A program made the translations under genes and the position numbers. From the IMG/VR virus record IMGVR_UViG_3300045988_144595, positions 1-42,542 of that record: 42,542 bases of DNA. The stretch is one strand, 5' to 3'. The DNA comes from a virus. Below the pieces are notes generated by a model. The model did not search any database. It had not been told where the DNA came from and saw nothing but the letters and a program-made list of their open reading frames with translations. Positions 1 through 8,165 of this stretch are shown piece by piece; positions within the stretch are counted from its first letter, which is position 1; every line of letters starts with the position of its first letter.

Positions 1-91
1 CGGCAAAGAAATAACTCTATGCCGAATTGAGGCACTCCGAGACTTCGCCAACGTGAAAGCAGGCGATAAAGGTGGCTTTATAGAAAACGAA
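1..91. repeat. Terminal direct repeat. Nt 1-91 are identical to nt 42452-42542 (circular assembly overlap or short terminal redundancy). Unique length is 42451 bp.
   Basis: Both ends compared base by base: exact 91/91 match. Confidence 0.95.
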
Positions 92-403
92 GATAATCTT
101 AGCCACGATGATAACTGCTGGGTCTACGACAACGCCAAGGTCTATGGCGATGCATGGGTGTATGGCAATGCATCAGTATGGTCTAATGCCGAAGTATATG
201 GCCAAGCCTGCATATATGACAATGCAGCTGTGTATGGCGATGCCGAAGTACATGGTAACGCTGCGATATATGACAATGCAACTGTGTATGGCGATGCCGA
301 AATATGTGGTTATGCAGAAGTCTTCGGCAACGCCGAAGTCTTCGGCGACTCTTTGGTATGGGGTAAATCCAAAGTATGTGGTAATTCCCATATAATGCAG
401 TAG
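2..403 (+). CDS. C-terminal part of hexapeptide-repeat protein 1, with about 15 consecutive 6-residue units of type xA(x)V(Y/W)G.
   Basis: Open frame from nt 2. Strict 18-nt periodicity: NAKVYG DAWVYG NASVWS NAEVYG and so on. Stop at 401-403. Confidence 0.75.
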   Translation, partial: GKEITLCRIEALRDFANVKAGDKGGFIENEDNLSHDDNCWVYDNAKVYGDAWVYGNASVWSNAEVYGQACIYDNAAVYGDAEVHGNAAIYDNATVYGDAEICGYAEVFGNAEVFGDSLVWGKSKVCGNSHIMQ

Positions 404-451
404 CGCCACAATATAAAGAAGGGTACAAAAAAAACAACCAACAAAAATACA

Positions 452-967
452 ATGGGAAAAAAATACAGATTAACAGACGAGACAATCACTGTTGAACGTG
501 ACGGCAAGAAAGTAACGTTGCACCGAATTGAAGCGCTGCGAGACTTCGGAAATATAAAAGCAGGCGATAAAGGTGGCTTTGTAAAAAGCGAAAAAAACCT
601 TAGCCACAACGGGGATTGTTGGATATTCGGCTGCGCCAAGGTGTACGGCTGCGCCGAGGTGTACAGCAGCGCCGAGGTGTACAGCAGCGCCGAGGTATGC
701 GGCAACGCAAAAGTATGCGGCAACGCATGGATATCCGGCCGCGCCGAGGTATGCGGCAACGCAAAAGTATGCGGCAACGCATGGATATCCGGCCGCGCCA
801 AGGTGTACGACAACGCATGGATATCCGGCTGCGCCAAGGTGTACGGCTGCGCCGAGGTATACGGCTGCGCCAAGGTATACAGCAGCGCCGAGGTGTACGG
901 CACGACTAAGGTATGCGGTGACACCATGCTGGGCGTAAACTCCGCGCCGGGACAAATCAACAAATAA
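452..967 (+). CDS. Hexapeptide-repeat protein 2, a tandem paralog of the wrap-around gene.
   Basis: 171-aa ORF. Its N-terminal domain (YRLTDETITVERDGKKVTLHRIEALRDFGNIKAGDKGGFVKSEKNLSH) parallels paralog 1 and is followed by CAKVYG/CAEVYS-type repeats. It shares the A-rich leader AAAAAACAACCAACAAAAA with the 42405 gene. Confidence 0.8.
   Translation: MGKKYRLTDETITVERDGKKVTLHRIEALRDFGNIKAGDKGGFVKSEKNLSHNGDCWIFGCAKVYGCAEVYSSAEVYSSAEVCGNAKVCGNAWISGRAEVCGNAKVCGNAWISGRAKVYDNAWISGCAKVYGCAEVYGCAKVYSSAEVYGTTKVCGDTMLGVNSAPGQINK
653..796 (+). repeat. Perfect in-frame tandem repeats inside the 452..967 CDS: 2 x 18 nt (653-688) followed by 2 x 54 nt (689-742 and 743-796).
   Basis: Units read directly: GCCGAGGTGTACAGCAGC twice, and GCCGAGGTATGCGGCAACGCAAAAGTATGCGGCAACGCATGGATATCCGGCCGC twice, both without mismatch. 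Confidence 0.9.
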
Positions 968-985
968 ACAACATAAAAAAATAAA

Positions 986-1276
986 ATGATACAACTAAGA
1001 CAGAAGACCAAGACGCAGGAAGTTCGCGAAAACCGCGACCGCGCAATTTATGAAGAATATGAGCAGCTGCTCCGAGACCCTCAACAGAGCCGCATCGAAG
1101 CGCAGCGATACCTTCAACGCAAGTACGGCTTTGCTCGACAGTGCACCATATACGACATTTGGCGCCGCGAGGCACGCCGCCGCGAAGCCGAAACCGCCAA
1201 AACGACCACCCTAGATAACGCGCCGACAATTCAACAGAATGACCGAGGCCGAACAGGCTCAAGCTCGCCGAGATAG
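986..1276 (+). CDS. Hypothetical early protein (basic).
   Basis: 96-aa ORF in the same orientation as the operon. No recognisable motif. Confidence 0.45.
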   Translation: MIQLRQKTKTQEVRENRDRAIYEEYEQLLRDPQQSRIEAQRYLQRKYGFARQCTIYDIWRREARRREAETAKTTTLDNAPTIQQNDRGRTGSSSPR

Positions 1277-1430
1277 CGAGATATATTCAATCGAAGACGC
1301 GCCGGCAGAAAGAGGTGGAACAGATTGGTCGGTCATCGCCGAACTGCGCGAAGATATGCGCCAAGACGACATCGACAGCCGGATGGACGGCTGGGAAAAA
1401 GATTACAACCGCATAGAACGGCCTTACTAA
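1239..1430 (+). CDS. Hypothetical small acidic early protein.
   Basis: 63-aa ORF rich in D/E. Overlaps the previous ORF by 38 nt. Confidence 0.4.
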   Translation: MTEAEQAQARRDSEIYSIEDAPAERGGTDWSVIAELREDMRQDDIDSRMDGWEKDYNRIERPY

Positions 1431-1443
1431 AAAAAACACTGAA

Positions 1444-1665
1444 ATGACACCGAAAAAAGCAACAACAATACAGATTGCGGCGACAGCTGCGCTGCTGGCC
1501 TTCATGGCCGGAAACCTGCTCCGTTCCGTAATGCAGCGAGTGGATGCGATAATTATTATCGGCTTTGGCATCGGGACGACAGCGGCATACGAGCTGCTTC
1601 GCACCGCCATTATAGAGCATCGCGATGCACGCCGCGAACAGAAAGAGAACGAACAACAGCAATGA
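1444..1665 (+). CDS. Small membrane protein (two hydrophobic helices).
   Basis: 73-aa ORF with hydrophobic stretches IQIAATAALLAFMAGNLL and IIIIGFGIGTTAAY. Confidence 0.5.
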   Translation: MTPKKATTIQIAATAALLAFMAGNLLRSVMQRVDAIIIIGFGIGTTAAYELLRTAIIEHRDARREQKENEQQQ

Positions 1666-1964
1666 CGATGAACGCAGAAGAACTATACAGTGCGCTCGAC
1701 AGCATAAAGACAGCGCTGACGGTCAACACCAAGAACGTCTGGGATGTCTCCGACCTCGCATCCTACCTCAAGGTCTCCGAGAGCCGCATCCGCCACCGCG
1801 TAGCCGCCGGCGAGATACCAAGCTACCGGCGACAAGGCCGGGTCTATTTCCGCCGCGAGGAGATAGAACAGTGGCTCACCGAGCATCCGCAGACGACCAC
1901 CGATGCGGTCTTGCGAAAAGAAGCCACGCGCCGAGCAATAAAAACACTTGAAAACAGCTTATAA
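1662..1964 (+). CDS. Excisionase/MerR-type helix-turn-helix DNA-binding protein (Xis-like).
   Basis: DLASYLKVSESRIRHRVAAGEIPSYRRQGRVYFRREEIEQWL is the typical HTH_17/excisionase pattern. ATGA overlap with the upstream ORF. Confidence 0.7.
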   Translation: MTMNAEELYSALDSIKTALTVNTKNVWDVSDLASYLKVSESRIRHRVAAGEIPSYRRQGRVYFRREEIEQWLTEHPQTTTDAVLRKEATRRAIKTLENSL

Positions 1965-1996
1965 CACCCCTATTTTTAACCAAATACTTATAAATT

Positions 1997-2893
1997 ATGA
2001 CCAACGAAATTATCGAAGTGAAGCAGGCCGAAATGCTGGCCGCTATCAACCGCACCGAAGTCGACATCCAAATCGCAACCGCAAAGACCTATCCTCGCGA
2101 CCTCGGACAAGTCCTCAACAAGATAGCCACCTACGCGACCATGGACAAAGAGACAGCCGAAGACTGCTTTTATATCCTGCGCCGCAAAGACGCGCAAGGG
2201 CAAGACACCGTCATCGAGGGGCTCTCGGTACGCATGGCCGAAATCATAGCCAGCGCTTGGGGCAACCTCCGCATTCAGACGCGCATCACCGGCAACGATG
2301 GCCGAATGATTACCGCGCAGGCGATGTGCCATGACCTCGAGAGCAACGTGGCCGTTTGCAAAGAGGTGCAACGCCGCATCACCACCAAGGCTGGAAAGAC
2401 CTACAGCGACGACATGCAGATTGTCACCGGCAACGCAGCCTCGGCCATAGCTTTCCGTAACGCAGTGCTGGCGGTCATACCGAAAGCGGTAACGAAGAAA
2501 ATCATCAACGAGACCAAGCGCGTGGCCATGGGCACCAGCATCGACCTCGAGAGCAGCCGACAGAATGTCATGGCGTATTACGCCAAGCTCGGGGTCAAGC
2601 CGGAACAACTGCTGGCATACCTTGGAGTGGGCAGCATTGACGACATAGACAAGTCAATGATTTTCGAGCTTCGCGCACTGCGCAACGCTATCGAGGAGGG
2701 CACGACGACCGTCAAGGAAACCTTTATCGACACCGAGAAAGAAGCCAAAGAGCAGGCCAAGGCGCTGCGCGAGGCCACGGACGCACAAGCCAAGGCAGCC
2801 GCTGCAATGGCAATGGCCACAGCTTCAGACCCTGAAACGGGCGAGGTAATCGACGTAAAGAATATCAAGCCCGTACAACTCCGCAAATCGTAA
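1997..2893 (+). CDS. Single-strand annealing protein (RecT/Red-beta-like recombinase).
   Basis: 298 aa. Sits just upstream of a YqaJ exonuclease. The central region (GLSVRMAEII...CHDLESNVAV...NAASAIAFRNAVLAVIP) resembles Bet/RecT-type cores. The assignment rests partly on synteny. Confidence 0.6.
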   Translation: MTNEIIEVKQAEMLAAINRTEVDIQIATAKTYPRDLGQVLNKIATYATMDKETAEDCFYILRRKDAQGQDTVIEGLSVRMAEIIASAWGNLRIQTRITGNDGRMITAQAMCHDLESNVAVCKEVQRRITTKAGKTYSDDMQIVTGNAASAIAFRNAVLAVIPKAVTKKIINETKRVAMGTSIDLESSRQNVMAYYAKLGVKPEQLLAYLGVGSIDDIDKSMIFELRALRNAIEEGTTTVKETFIDTEKEAKEQAKALREATDAQAKAAAAMAMATASDPETGEVIDVKNIKPVQLRKS

Positions 2894-2927
2894 AACAAAA
2901 ATTAACCAAAAAAATAACGAAATCAAA

Positions 2928-3236
2928 ATGACAAGAATGAAAGCCCTCGCAAAGCAAATGTTAAATTGGGCGAACGCCGAAAAAGCAACCCACGCCGTGA
3001 TAGTTATCGCATCCGAAAAGATTGACGATAAAAAAGCTGACGGCATCCTGTGTATAGGAGGCACCAACGAGAACCTCGTTTTAGGCCTCAAGGCCGCTCT
3101 CAAAGAGGAGTCCGCCCTCAAGGGAGCCCTCGCCGAGGCCGTGAAGCAGCTCACCATAGACGAAGCCCTCGACCGACTGCTTGCCGAAACAGACGATGAC
3201 CCCGACACCGAAACCGCCAAAACACAGAAACAATGA
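2928..3236 (+). CDS. Hypothetical protein.
   Basis: 102-aa ORF with an acidic C-terminus, tightly packed between the SSAP and the exonuclease. Confidence 0.55.
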   Translation: MTRMKALAKQMLNWANAEKATHAVIVIASEKIDDKKADGILCIGGTNENLVLGLKAALKEESALKGALAEAVKQLTIDEALDRLLAETDDDPDTETAKTQKQ

Positions 3237-4177
3237 AACGCACACGACTGACATTCACTGACCGCGACCAGTGGCTCGCAGCTCGCACGCAGGGCATCGG
3301 TGCGAGCGAAGTCGCGACCATAGTCGGCCTCAATCCGTGGGAAACTCCTTACCAGCTTTGGAGACGCAAGACCGGACTGGATGCGCCGAAGCCCGAAAAT
3401 ACAGCTATGGCCACCGGCCATATTCTCGAGGACGGAGTCGCGCAGTTTTGGGCACGCGCGACAGGGCGCGAAATCATACGCAACAGCCGCACCGACTTTA
3501 TGTTTGTAGACGCGCAACATCACGAATTGCGCGTATCGCCCGACCGCACATATTGGCTCGGCGGAATGCGTAACGATGACAACAAAGGCATTCTTGAATG
3601 CAAGACCACGCGCCTTGTCATAGACCAAGACGACATACCGCGTCACTGGTTTGTGCAAGTGCAAATGAATCTCGGAGTGGCAGGATACACGCAAGGCAGC
3701 CTCGCCTGGCTTTCCGCAGCGAAAGGCTTCGAATTTGGCTATCGCGACCTGCAATTTGTGCCGGAGTTTTACGAGTGGCTCAAGCACGAGACACTGCGCT
3801 TTTGGCACGACAATGTACTTGGAGGAGTAGAGCCTCCTGCCGTATCGCCGCAGGACGTAATACTCAAGTACGACCATAGCACCGCCGGGCTGACGGCCAC
3901 CGCCGACGAAGACACCTACCGCGCATATTGCGACCTCAAGGAGCTGCGCCGCGAGATTGACGCCTTAGAGGAGCGCAAGGCCGACCTCGAGGGCAAGCTC
4001 AAGGCAGCATTTAAGGACGCTGAGGCGATGGCTTACAACGGAGAGACCATCGCGACATGGCGCTCGCCCAAGCCCACTCGCCGCTTCGACACCAAACGCT
4101 TCCAAGCCGACTACCCGGATATGGCCGATGATTATTACATCGAGACGCAAGGCGCACGCAGACTGCTGCTCAAATAA
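3233..4177 (+). CDS. YqaJ-like viral recombinase exonuclease (PD-(D/E)XK).
   Basis: GIGASEVATIVGLNPWETPYQLWRRKTG, HILEDGV, SPDRTY...ILECKT motifs. Confidence 0.88.
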   Translation: MKRTRLTFTDRDQWLAARTQGIGASEVATIVGLNPWETPYQLWRRKTGLDAPKPENTAMATGHILEDGVAQFWARATGREIIRNSRTDFMFVDAQHHELRVSPDRTYWLGGMRNDDNKGILECKTTRLVIDQDDIPRHWFVQVQMNLGVAGYTQGSLAWLSAAKGFEFGYRDLQFVPEFYEWLKHETLRFWHDNVLGGVEPPAVSPQDVILKYDHSTAGLTATADEDTYRAYCDLKELRREIDALEERKADLEGKLKAAFKDAEAMAYNGETIATWRSPKPTRRFDTKRFQADYPDMADDYYIETQGARRLLLK

Positions 4178-4179
4178 AA

Positions 4180-4368
4180 ATGATTACCATCAGTAACTAC
4201 GACCGCGACCGCGCCGCTGCCTACATCGAAGCCTACGCCGAGACACTGGCAGCGGCTGCGCGGAGCAGCGCCAAGGCAGCCAACCGCCGCCGTATAGCAC
4301 TGCTGCTCGCGCGCAAGTTACGCCGCCGACCCGACGGGAAAACATCAGACCGCAATGCCCGAAAATAA
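4180..4368 (+). CDS. Hypothetical small basic protein.
   Basis: 62-aa ORF in operon context. Confidence 0.4.
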   Translation: MITISNYDRDRAAAYIEAYAETLAAAARSSAKAANRRRIALLLARKLRRRPDGKTSDRNARK

Positions 4369-5218
4369 AGGATGGATTAAACTACACCGCCGGCTGCTCG
4401 ATTGGGAGTGGTACAGCGACACCAACATGGTGCGCCTATTCCTGCACCTGCTGCTCAAGGCCAACAGCAGCGACCGCCGCTGGCAAGGCCGCGAAGTGCC
4501 GAAAGGTAGCCTGGTGACATCACGAGCAACGCTCGAAGCCGAGACCGGGCTGTCGCAAAAGACAATCCGCACCTGCCTTGCGCGACTTATAGCCACCGGG
4601 GAAATCGAGGTCGAGGCGACCAACCGATTTAGCCTTATAACTATTTGTAATTTCGATAATTACCAAGAGTCAGAGCAAGGCGAGCGGCCAACTGGCGGCC
4701 AAGTAAACGGCCAACAAACGGCCAACCAAACGGCCAAGTTAAAAGGTTATGCAAATACCAATGAAACAAGTGATTGCGAAGCTGAAAAAGAAACGAGCGG
4801 CCAAGTAAATGCGCAACAAACGGCCAACCAAACGGCCACACTTAAAGAATATAATAATATATATCTTGTTGTTGCTGATGCGCGCACGCGCGAGGAATTG
4901 ACTGCAGGGGACTTTTTGGCTAAACACTTCGGAAGTCGCGCCGCCATCGAACAAGCATGCATGGCGCTCCACATTACCGAAGCTGATTACCGCTCACTTG
5001 CAGCCGAGACCGCGAACGAATGGGAGCTCACCTGCGAACCGCCGCACGAAACATATACGGCAGCGGCGAAGCATCTCATTAATCAAATCCGCAAGAAAGC
5101 AGCCGCACAGAGCAGCCGACCGAGCGGACAGCCAAGCCGCCGCCGAGCATACAGCGCGGAAAGCCGCGAGGTCAACGACAGATGGAAAAATTCTAAATAC
5201 ACACCACCGAAAGAATAA
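4355..5218 (+). CDS. Replication initiator (winged-helix, DnaD/phage O-like) carrying an internal origin.
   Basis: GWIKLHRRLLDWEWYSD...SRATLEAETGLSQKTIRTCLARLIATGEIE wHTH-type N-terminus. Internal duplicated peptide GQVN(G/A)QQTANQTA(K/T)LK(G/E)Y encoded by the iteron clusters. Confidence 0.7.
   Translation: MPENKGWIKLHRRLLDWEWYSDTNMVRLFLHLLLKANSSDRRWQGREVPKGSLVTSRATLEAETGLSQKTIRTCLARLIATGEIEVEATNRFSLITICNFDNYQESEQGERPTGGQVNGQQTANQTAKLKGYANTNETSDCEAEKETSGQVNAQQTANQTATLKEYNNIYLVVADARTREELTAGDFLAKHFGSRAAIEQACMALHITEADYRSLAAETANEWELTCEPPHETYTAAAKHLINQIRKKAAAQSSRPSGQPSRRRAYSAESREVNDRWKNSKYTPPKE
4685..4839. repeat. Candidate origin iterons. CGGCCAA occurs at 4685, 4696, 4708, 4719 and 4731, and again at 4798, (4810 degenerate), 4821 and 4833. 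Spacing is 11-12 bp.
   Basis: Positions counted directly. Two clusters about 113 nt apart inside the initiator gene. Confidence 0.6.
4841..4875. other. AT-rich stretch next to the iterons (candidate DNA-unwinding element).
   Basis: CTTAAAGAATATAATAATATATATCTTGTTGTTG within otherwise GC-rich coding sequence. Confidence 0.5.
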
Positions 5219-5221
5219 AAA

Positions 5222-6001
5222 ATGGACTTACAAAGCATAATAAACCGCGTCACCGAGGGACGCACACTCCACGGAGTATGCCGAGGCAAGACCGCGACAT
5301 ACGACAATATGGGCAACGTACTGGCTTGCATCGAGGCAATCGGCAAGCAGTTCACAGACCGCTTCACGATTGACGACGACAACCGCTGGGCTTATAAGCA
5401 ATTCGCCAAGTGGGTAGCCGGAGACCCAACGATGCAGGCGCAGGACACTGCAGGAAACATCGTCACAGGCGACCTTTGCAAAGGCATATACATCAACGGG
5501 CGCACCGGCTCGGGCAAAAGCCTCGCGATGGCCGTAATGGCTCTTTTCGCCGAAGTCGACAGCCCGACCATATACGCAGGTGGAGACTTCCGCCTATTGC
5601 GCTGGCAGCCGCGAACCACCGCCGCGCAGATTTGGGACGAGGTCGCCACCGGCGCAGACGCCCTGCGAAAGTACACGAATATGCCGATACTTTGCATCCA
5701 AGACCTCGGTGCAGAGCCGGAGGGCGAAGCCGTGTACATGGGCGCACGCCGATTGCCGCTGCGCCAACTCATCGAGGCGCGAGGCGACCGAAACGACCTT
5801 ATAACGCTTTTTACAAGCAATTACGCACCCGATGACGAGCGCATCACCCGACTATATGGCGAGCGAGTAGCCAGCCGCCTCCGCGCAATGTGCAATATCC
5901 TCACCATCTCCGGCAAAGACCGCCGCAAATCACCGGTCGAAGCCGAAGCCACCGCGCAGATTTTTCCCGAAGCCGGACAAGATGATGGGTTGCCCTTCTA
6001 A
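5222..6001 (+). CDS. DnaC/IstB-like AAA+ ATPase (helicase loader).
   Basis: Walker A GRTGSGKS and Walker B ILCIQDLGAE. Directly follows the initiator. Confidence 0.8.
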   Translation: MDLQSIINRVTEGRTLHGVCRGKTATYDNMGNVLACIEAIGKQFTDRFTIDDDNRWAYKQFAKWVAGDPTMQAQDTAGNIVTGDLCKGIYINGRTGSGKSLAMAVMALFAEVDSPTIYAGGDFRLLRWQPRTTAAQIWDEVATGADALRKYTNMPILCIQDLGAEPEGEAVYMGARRLPLRQLIEARGDRNDLITLFTSNYAPDDERITRLYGERVASRLRAMCNILTISGKDRRKSPVEAEATAQIFPEAGQDDGLPF

Positions 6002-6012
6002 AAAGAACGACG

Positions 6013-6219
6013 ATGAAAAAGTTAAACGGCATTGTGCGTGACGGCAAATTCTACGAGGTTGTGGACAAAGATTTCCTTGGCTGTCAAGGATGTGCATTCA
6101 GCAACACGAGCTGCAAAGTCGTATGCCTGAGTTTTGAGGGCGATGTTATCTTCCGCCTCAATAAGCAAATCACTCAAAAGCTCAACGGCGAGAAACCGCT
6201 CAAAATTCGCCGAAAATGA
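6013..6219 (+). CDS. Hypothetical small Cys-containing protein.
   Basis: 68-aa ORF containing CQGCAFSNTSCKVVC. Confidence 0.45.
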   Translation: MKKLNGIVRDGKFYEVVDKDFLGCQGCAFSNTSCKVVCLSFEGDVIFRLNKQITQKLNGEKPLKIRRK

Positions 6220-6602
6220 CCCGAGACGATAAAACACCCGGCCGCCGCCGAAAAACGCAACAGCGGTACTCGCAGACCCATTCAGCGCCATCGTCCGACT
6301 TGTTCACCGCGACAGTCCGCAGCGACCTCCGCGCCGAATGCGTCCGCGAGTACCGCTTCCACCCGACACGCCGCTGGCGCTTTGATTACGCAATACCAGC
6401 GCACCGCATCGCCATCGAAGTCGAGGGTGGCGTGTGGACTGGCGGACGGCACACATCACCAAAGGGCTTCCTTGGCGACATGGAAAAATACAATACCGCA
6501 ACACTCATGGGCTGGCGAGTATTCCGCACGACACCGCAGGAGCTGTACTCAGCATCCACCCTGGCCATGCTTCGCGAAGCCATCGGAAACAAACAAAATT
6601 AA
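6216..6602 (+). CDS. PD-(D/E)XK endonuclease, Vsr/DUF559-like (possible resolvase or repair nuclease).
   Basis: RFDYAIPAHRIAIEVEGGVW...GDMEKYNTATLMGWRVFR matches the D...E-x-E/K core with the C-terminal GW-V-R pattern of this fold. Confidence 0.6.
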   Translation: MTRDDKTPGRRRKTQQRYSQTHSAPSSDLFTATVRSDLRAECVREYRFHPTRRWRFDYAIPAHRIAIEVEGGVWTGGRHTSPKGFLGDMEKYNTATLMGWRVFRTTPQELYSASTLAMLREAIGNKQN

Positions 6603-6643
6603 ATGATTATGATATAATCAGATTTTTAATTAACTTTGTGGCA

Positions 6644-7378
6644 ATGAAAGACGAAAACAAAAACGACATAACGATACCCGACTTCGGCAACTTCGATGTT
6701 CCCGACCTCGACCTTGACAATTTCGACCTTGACCTTGACGCCGAGGCCGACACAGCCAACCGCTACATCAAGCCGCGACTCGTACCAATGAAAGAGCGGC
6801 AAATTATGTTCGAACACGCCGCAGCGCTTGCCAACGAAATAGACCTCACCGAGCGCAGCCGATATGACTGCATCGTATCCGGCTCGTTTTTTTTTGGCGA
6901 TTTTATCGAGGCTTTTATGGTGCGCAATAACTGCAAGACCGTGCGAATGACCATCACCACGCTGTCGCTTTCGCAAGAGAACGTGGACAGCCTCGCGACA
7001 CTGATGCAGAAAGGATATATCGACCGGCTCGACATGATAGTTAGCGATTATTTCTTCAGCCACGAACGGCACTGCTTGATACCATACATGTACCAGGAGC
7101 TGGACATCGACAACCGCTTCCAACTGGCGGTGGCTTTCGTCCACACCAAGACCGTGCACTTCGAGACGCTCGGCGGTAAAAAGATTGTAATCCACGGCTC
7201 GGCGAACCTCCGCAGTTCGGGAAATGTCGAACAATTCACTATCGAGGAGAACGCCGAATTATACGATTTTTATAACGAAGCGTTCAGCCCGATTATTGAA
7301 CGCTTTAAGACGATTAATCACACCGCGCCGCGCAAAACGCAGTGGGCGGACATAACAAAAAAACAATTCAAAAATTAA
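6644..7378 (+). CDS. Phospholipase-D-family (HKD) nuclease-like protein with an acidic N-terminal tail.
   Basis: VHTKTVHFETLGGKKIVIHGSANLRSSGN matches HxK...GSxN. Start moved to the ATG at 6644 because the longer ORF (6434) overlaps the previous gene. Confidence 0.6.
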   Translation: MKDENKNDITIPDFGNFDVPDLDLDNFDLDLDAEADTANRYIKPRLVPMKERQIMFEHAAALANEIDLTERSRYDCIVSGSFFFGDFIEAFMVRNNCKTVRMTITTLSLSQENVDSLATLMQKGYIDRLDMIVSDYFFSHERHCLIPYMYQELDIDNRFQLAVAFVHTKTVHFETLGGKKIVIHGSANLRSSGNVEQFTIEENAELYDFYNEAFSPIIERFKTINHTAPRKTQWADITKKQFKN

Positions 7379-7511
7379 GATTATGGCAGGAAGCACAGGA
7401 AGTGGAAAATGGGCAGCCGTGAACCTCATGCGCTCAACGCGAGCAAGGAAAAGACGCGGATACACCAAGGCACAGACATTCGATGACGTGCCGTTTTAAT
7501 CGAAAATAGAT

Positions 7512-8165
7512 ATGACAGAAAAGAACGTCGAACTCATCCAAAGTATCGTCTTGCCTATTGACGAGGTCGAAAATAACACCGGGCAAGTGCCGGGGTTGAA
7601 CGCGAACCCCCGTGAAATCACAATCACGGAATACAAAAAGCTCAAAAAATCGTTGGCAAAAAATCGTGGTTTTACCGCGCTAAACGAGCTCAAAGTATTT
7701 CCTTGGCATGGCAAGTGGATAACAATCGGAGGCAACATGCGCCTGCAGGCCATGCGCGAGCTGGGATGGGCGGAAGTAATCGCCAAACCACTGCCCGAAG
7801 ATACAGACATCGAAACGCTCAACCGATATATTCTTCTCGATAACGCGAGTTTTGGCAAATGGGACTTCGATTGTCTCGCCAACGAGTACGACATCAACGA
7901 TATTGTCGATGCCGCGATTAACATTCCGACACCGGAAGAAGACGAAGGTGAGAGGAGAGAAGAAGACGAAAAGGGTGGAGTTTGCCGACACTTCACTTTT
8001 GCTCCGGAACAAGTCGAATTTATGAAAGACGTAATCCGCAAGGCGCGCGAACAGATGCCGAAAGATATTGCACAACGCACAGACAACGCGAACCGCAACG
8101 GGAATGCATTATTTTATATTTTTTGCCAATGGGAAAGAAACTACAACAACCGGTCGAAAGTATAG
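7512..8165 (+). CDS. ParB-like nuclease-domain protein 1.
   Basis: ELKVFPWHGKWITIGGNMRLQAMRELGWAEVIAKPLP is a ParB/Srx N-terminal domain pattern. Confidence 0.8.
   Translation: MTEKNVELIQSIVLPIDEVENNTGQVPGLNANPREITITEYKKLKKSLAKNRGFTALNELKVFPWHGKWITIGGNMRLQAMRELGWAEVIAKPLPEDTDIETLNRYILLDNASFGKWDFDCLANEYDINDIVDAAINIPTPEEDEGERREEDEKGGVCRHFTFAPEQVEFMKDVIRKAREQMPKDIAQRTDNANRNGNALFYIFCQWERNYNNRSKV

Noticed and set aside
120-960. Highly regular 18-nt periodic repeats that could be mistaken for a CRISPR array or a non-coding satellite.
   Set aside because: The repeats are contiguous with no spacers and lie in long open reading frames. They translate to consistent hexapeptide units, so they are coding repeats.
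310-1011. Long antisense and alternate-frame ORFs over the repeat genes (310..1011 -, 470..994 -, 616..909 +, 600..818 -).
   Set aside because: They are low-complexity translations of the same 18-nt repeat in other frames, that is, shadow ORFs. The + strand frames with homologous N-terminal domains are the real genes.
6434-6643. N-terminal 70 codons of the long ORF 6434..7378.
   Set aside because: They overlap the well-supported nuclease gene 6216..6602 in another frame and have odd composition. The internal ATG at 6644 follows an intergenic AT-rich gap.
7383-7499. 38-codon basic ORF (MAGSTGSGKWAAVNLMRSTRARKRRGYTKAQTFDDVPF) in the gap before ParB-1.
   Set aside because: It is too short and has no motif to support a call. 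It could be real, but sequence alone cannot show this.
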